Shown here: positions 44,501 to 49,152 of the stretch, in pieces
Numbering within the stretch: position 1 is the stretch's first letter
Layout of the letters: every line of letters starts with the position of its first letter
Notes under the pieces: generated by a model
The model's database searches: none
What the model saw: only the letters and a program-made list of their open reading frames with translations
Told to the model about the DNA's origin: nothing
NCBI GenBank assembly: GCA_004431415.1
Contig: QPMI01000229.1
Coordinates: 1 to 49,152, forward strand
Length of the DNA stretch: 49,152 bases
DNA from: Cyanophora paradoxa CCMP329
Taxonomy: Eukaryota; Plantae; Glaucophyta
Direction of reading: 5' to 3'
Made by a program: the position numbers and the translations under genes

Positions 44501-47500
44501 ATCCTTGAAAGTCTCCTGCGTAATAAAAACGCAGCCGCGGCGGTCAGCCCATGATCAGATCTAAAAGAGATAAAGCTTCATAAACACACCGCACGGGAGA
44601 ACATGTCGTTATGTTCCTCCACTGCGTCGATCAGGTGGCGAAGCTCGTCGTTCTCACGCCCGACACGCTTGAGAAATTCGACAAGGTCCCGTCCGTCCTG
44701 CGTCGCGAGGGCCTTGATCACTGCAGCTGTGTCTGGGCACACACTCCGAAGAAGGCGATCGGCGGCACGGTGGGTCTCCAGCGCATCCCGCACAGTAGCT
44801 CCCTCGCTCGCGAGGAGAGCCTCAGCGCGACCGAGAGTGTTCGTCTCGTCTCGAGTCGGAAGGCAGGAGAAGGTGTCCATGCAGTGGAGCAGATCGCGGC
44901 ACAAGCCCGAGAGCTCAGCAGTCTTCAAGCAGACGTTGATGCCCGACGCAATGTCTTGGTTGCGGCGCTGCTGCGCATGCTGATCACGGTCAACGGAAAA
45001 GCGTGGAGTAGTTCCACCAGAATTCGATGACCACGTAGAAGACAGCAGCATCGACGCGATAACCAACTGCTGCGCTGCTGCGCCAGACTCGGAGGCTGCG
45101 CCACTCCAGTACTTCACAACGTCGTGCACATTGACGGTCTGGTGGTCGCGCATGAGAGCTGCCATGTGATCCACGTACACCCTCCAGGAGTTGACAGTCG
45201 CCGTTGCCATGAGCTGCTCAAACGCCTGCAGCTGACCGGATGTGGATCCGTTTTCATACGAAACTTGCAGAATGTTGCGGAAGACAGATGATGCCAGAAG
45301 CTGCGACGGAGGCCTGGGGAGCTGTTTCAGCGCTGCCGTGAGGACATAGAAGGCACCAGTCGATGAAGTGGACGCTGAACTCGCGAGCTCTGCAAGAGAC
45401 TGATCCGGAAACCGCTGTTGCGCCTCAGCAAGCACGGTACGAAGTGCGCTATACTGGCTGCTGTCTTCCTTCGTCAACAAAACCACCTGCCATGCTGAGA
45501 ACAGCTCGGCCAAGCTTTCGAGTTGACTTCGTTGCTCCTGCGTGGTACAAACTGCCGATCGCAGCTCAGCATCGTCTGCACGGATGCCTGCTGCATTGAA
45601 GCACGCCGAGAGAGTGTCGATGCCGGCTGCTGCAATGGTCTCGATTACGTGGACAGGAACTGTCTGCTGCACGACGGATTGATGCAGAGTGCTGAGAATG
45701 CTCGTGGCGGTGGTGAAGATTTTGCTTGCAGCGACGACAGGAATGTTGCGCAGAGCAAACGCGGGAATCCAGAAGTTGCGAGTTTTGACGAGGGCCGCCA
45801 CCGTGTCCTCGTTCTCAAAATTGAGGAAGCGGATCGAGCAGAAAAGGTGTCCCAACAAATCGTCTCGAATCCTGGGTCATAATCAGCAAATGAATTCTGG
45901 CTAGCGACAAATCGAACATCTTACCGATCATCGCAGAACTCCACAACGTCCTTTGTCCCGCAGAGATGACCGAGCAACGAAGCGGCTGTGTCGGATGCTG
46001 CAGCAGCTTTCGAAACGATAACAGCACAGCCATCGACAAACGCAGCACGAGTCTCGTCACGCCATCGGGAAGCTGTCGTATCGTTTCGCCCTGCAAATCG
46101 GGCTGAACGCAAAATGTTCTCATCTCTGTGCTTGCGGCACGACTCCCACGCGAAAGCAAGGATGGCTGGGTGACGCCGGGCTTGAGCTGGGAGCTGGTCG
46201 ACGGCGTTGAAGATAGAGAGCGGGTTCGCATCTGCGCACATTGGAAATGTGGTTTAGTTGACGCGAATAGTTGGATAAAACAGACAGATTTCGCTTGCGC
46301 ACTCTGAGCTTCCATGCCGTATGCTTTGACTAGAAAGTTCCGCGTGCACTCGACCAGCTTCGCGCCCGTCTTGTCCACTGAGCGAGCGGCAGTTGCCGCC
46401 AGCAAGCCCATATGCTCCTTGAGGTCGACGCGATTGCAGTGCTCGATAAGAATTTCCAAGGGTCGCCAGATGACTTCTTCAGGCAGCAACGAAGCGTACA
46501 AGTCACTGTTGATGAGAGAAGGTAGAACATTGTGAATATGAGTAAAGGCGCCATGACCTCTAGACAAGAGCTTGTCTAGAATGAATTCTTGCAAGGAGTC
46601 TTGCACGACGGGGTCCAGCCCACGTGGAAGCTGCTCCCAGCAATCGAGCGCAGTCTCGATCCGGCCGACACGACGAAGCAACAACATTACGACTGCCTTA
46701 CGGTTCGGGAAGGCGCTCTGGAGGTGCTTGAAGAAGCCCGCCGTGGTCACCTTTTCTTCGACTGCTGGCCACCACGAGTTTAGCACATCCACAAGCGAGC
46801 GGAGTGATGGTGCAGTCACGAAGAGTGCTTTGATGACTGAAATAAAGCTGGCTTGGCCGAGGTGCGAGAGGAGTTGAGCAACAACTCTGGCTGTCTCCAC
46901 AAATTCGATATGGAATCGCTCAGGATCCGTAGGAGTCGACGCCATTGGCAGATCGAGCAGAAAAGAGAGGTCGAGACCCAGCTTGGGTTGGGCGAAAACG
47001 GCCTGCATCCAAGCGGCTGGATTCGGAGTGTAGTTCGCGTAGCCAACGCTGACGGTTTTGACGAGGAACGTGATGGCCTTGCAAAGGACGTCCTTCTCGC
47101 TCGCTTCTGTGAGCTCGGTGCTTGACAGTTCATTTAATCCAAAGCACATCGAAGATAAGAGTGTCGATGACAAAGCTCCCCTATAGCTGGTTGGTACTTG
47201 CTGTACCGCAGAAGCGTACGTAGTCTGAGAAGATTGCGACATCTGCACTTGTGTGAACAACTGAATTTGAAGACGTACACGTTGCATTCAAAAACTTATA
47301 TGCAAAACGGACCGTCTGCCACACAGTCGCGATGAAGAGAGCTGTTTCGAAAGGAAGACTTCGAGGGTCTGCACAAAATTGATTATATTGCTATCGATAT
47401 CGCATGATGTACATATCGACATCGCAAAAAAAAGTGCGCACTGTTGCGAAATTCTGGAAGCTCACGCTCACAGAAAAGCGACATAAACTCCTGAGCCTTG

Positions 47501-48696
47501 TTTCCGAATCCAACGTAATTGTAGCCAGATCGGTCGGCTTCGAACTGGACGCACGGAAATTGCGAAATAAGATTATCACAATTAGAACGCTGATAACGAA
47601 GAAATAAAAAAAATCAGAGCAGCGCACCTGCTCGCGCAGCATCTTCAACAGCACTATGCGCGCCATGAAAGGAGAAGAAGCCAGCGAAAGCACGTCCGGA
47701 ACTTTGTCGGCCCACTCTTCGAGGCGTAGAAAGTGTCGCAGATAAGTGACGGTAGGATCGGCAGTCGAGCTGATGTTCAAGTCACTCCGGTCGGCTTTGA
47801 AAAACAGATCGATCTGGAAATAGCAAGGCCGTGTAACGCGATTGATTCGCGGCGGGTTCTCCCAGAGAGTAGACCCAGAAGAAGGATTGAATGTAAGTAA
47901 GCGGGCGACTTTGGAGCCGAAGGACTGATCAGGAACGTGGAAGTACTTGTATTGAACAGGCACATCCGCAGGAATTTCCACGACGTCGGAGACCCACAGC
48001 GACTTGCGGGCATCGACTTGGTGGAGCTGCTTGACGTAGCTAGGCGCGTGGGTCCAGTCGCCGAGAGAGAGCGTCTCCCCTGTGACAAAGAAGGCCCCAT
48101 TGGTCTCTGCTCGCGTCGGCAGCAGCAGCATGAAGCGTATCCGCCGCGTTTTGGGACCACTGTGACGACGATACATTTCCGAATTAGCTAATAGTTTGAC
48201 TCAAAGCTCAAAGAAAGCTAGCGTAAAAGTAGGCGTGGCGCGGCTGCATGCACCTGGCACAACTGTTGTTTGCGCTGGATGCATGTGCCGAGCCAGTGCT
48301 CCCAGACGATGCAGGGGCAGCAAAGTCGACGCTGTCGGCGGAATGTGCACGTGTTAGTGCAGCAGCTGTTGATAAAGTTGAATATTTGAAAGCGCACCCA
48401 TTCTCTCCGGAATTAGCTGCATGAACCGGCAGATCCGGCTCCTGCTGTGGTTGTTCTCGACGCGCATTTGACCTGTTCCTTGCATTTCAGCAATTGACTC
48501 TCAGAATCGAACTTGTAATTATATATCATTACGTCAGTATGCCCACCCTGGCTGATCCACATGTACATCCGCATCTGCTAAGCTGCAGCGAAATTAAACA
48601 GAAGCAAACCGCGATCATATGCCTCAGTGGCCCCTATACTAACCCGTCGACGGCCTGCGAGGTTGACTGATGTTTTGCTTTCTTGTTCTTCGCCAT
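31161..48696 (-). CDS. RNF213: RNF213/mysterin-like giant AAA+ ATPase and RZ-finger E3 ubiquitin ligase (multi-exon)
   Basis: CBM20-like N-terminal domain; TSAAAGLGKS; VPVVVMGETGCGKT with VFLDEINT and FLAACNPY; IPVFLVGK|PGCSKSLS with VVLLDEVGLAE, ISNWQLDPAKMNR and FHGLRDYY; GSAFPDD..SLYDMLNQNY..CRVALG..PPFLNRFEK; RZ finger; C-terminal LRRFIFRYL. Probable start MAKNKKAKHQ at 48696 and probable stop after KPKKKTFS at 31161. The terminal exons are less certain than the core. Confidence 0.92.
32585..32625. repeat. (TTAG)n microsatellite, about 10 units, intronic
   Basis: Directly visible; lies within RNF213-like intron 32498-32636. Confidence 0.95.
34555..34745 (-). other. RZ finger (RNF213/ZNFX1 type) coding segment, split by intron 34642-34717
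   Basis: Spliced translation WYRHACGYWYSVGACGRPMQVMQCPNCGHAIGGVDH. Confidence 0.9.
35491..35775 (-). repeat. Coding trinucleotide-type repeat giving a Gly/Asp/Asn tract
   Basis: GCC/GTC/GTT triplets on the plus strand; in frame within ORF 34699-38442 as DGGDGGG...GNGDGDGGGGG. Confidence 0.95.
38800..43000 (-). other. Dynein-like AAA+ core of the RNF213-like gene
   Basis: Walker A motifs at ~42940-42970 (AGLGKS), ~41640-41675 (GETGCGKT) and ~40480-40575 (GK|PGCSKS, intron-split). Walker B motifs at ~41415-41445 and ~40150-40190. Confidence 0.93.
47835..48146 (-). other. CBM20 (starch-binding-type) domain of the RNF213-like gene
   Basis: FFVTGETLSLGDW..A....L....LWVSDVVEIPADVPVQYKY......LWENPPRINR matches the CBM20 pattern (G-x4-LG-x-W, YKY, WE-x-NR). 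Confidence 0.85.
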
Positions 48697-49152
48697 GCTT
48701 CGATCTAGATCTCAGCTGCAGAGAGTCTGAGCAAAAGCAGGGTGGTTTAAGCAAGGAAGGGCATGCAGATTGCACGAGGAAGGGATAGGGATAGGGCAAT
48801 ATCGGTAGGTATAGGAAGAGAGTGAAGCAGAGAAGTGTGTGAGAGAGGAGAACTTCGGGAGAAGAACTGAAAGTTGAAAAAAAGGGGGGGGGGTAGGTGG
48901 GGGGGGGGGCGCGACGCCCGAGTAAACAGATAAGGGGGGGGGGGGCGAACAAATCTAGATCTAGAGGAGGGGAGGAGGGGAAGGGGGTGGGTGGAGGGTT
49001 GGGGGGGTGGGGCGAAGTGGTGGTTCGATTCGGATTCGGAGATGTAGACGGATGCTTTTGACGGGAGGATTCAGAAGGGAAAAGGGGAGGCCTAGGGCGA
49101 CGGAGATGAAGATAAGGGCTGGTGAAGGGGGGGGGGGGGGGGGGGGGGGGGG

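Noticed and set aside
48578-49152. 124-aa hydrophobic minus-strand ORF and G-rich end of the window
   Set aside because: Low-complexity purine-rich upstream sequence; the apparent hydrophobicity comes from C/T-rich codons.

Overview
GC-rich eukaryotic genomic DNA with many short spliceosomal introns, probably an alga or protist (the taxon cannot be fixed from the sequence). Left to right: (1) 1-~14846, minus strand: the 5' part of an unusually large Ty3/Gypsy LTR retrotransposon. It has a candidate LTR/PBS, Gag with zinc knuckles, then ~9.4 kb (~3,100 codons) of intronless, same-strand, unrecognised coding sequence, then protease, a dUTPase-like spacer, RT and RNase H. Integrase and the 3' LTR lie beyond the window start. 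(2) 14908-21534, minus: a multi-exon secreted/surface protein gene (signal peptide, LamG-like domain, Pro/Thr linker, five Cys-paired FN3-like repeats, RxLL motifs). The retrotransposon appears to sit in one of its introns, in sense orientation. (3) ~21.6-25.9 kb: mostly intergenic, with TE-like remnants and dense micro-duplications. (4) A Pro-rich coiled-coil hypothetical gene (minus), head-to-head with (5) a dynamin-related GTPase gene (plus, from 27561) that stops after the G domain. (6) 31161-~48696, minus: a ~17.5 kb RNF213/mysterin-like gene with CBM20, a dynein-like AAA+ core, a variant RZ finger and no visible RING. The best candidates for something undescribed are the giant Gag-[cargo]-Pol retrotransposon and the RING-less RNF213-like gene lying tail-to-tail with a stalk-less dynamin. 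All exon structures were read by hand, and no database search was possible.
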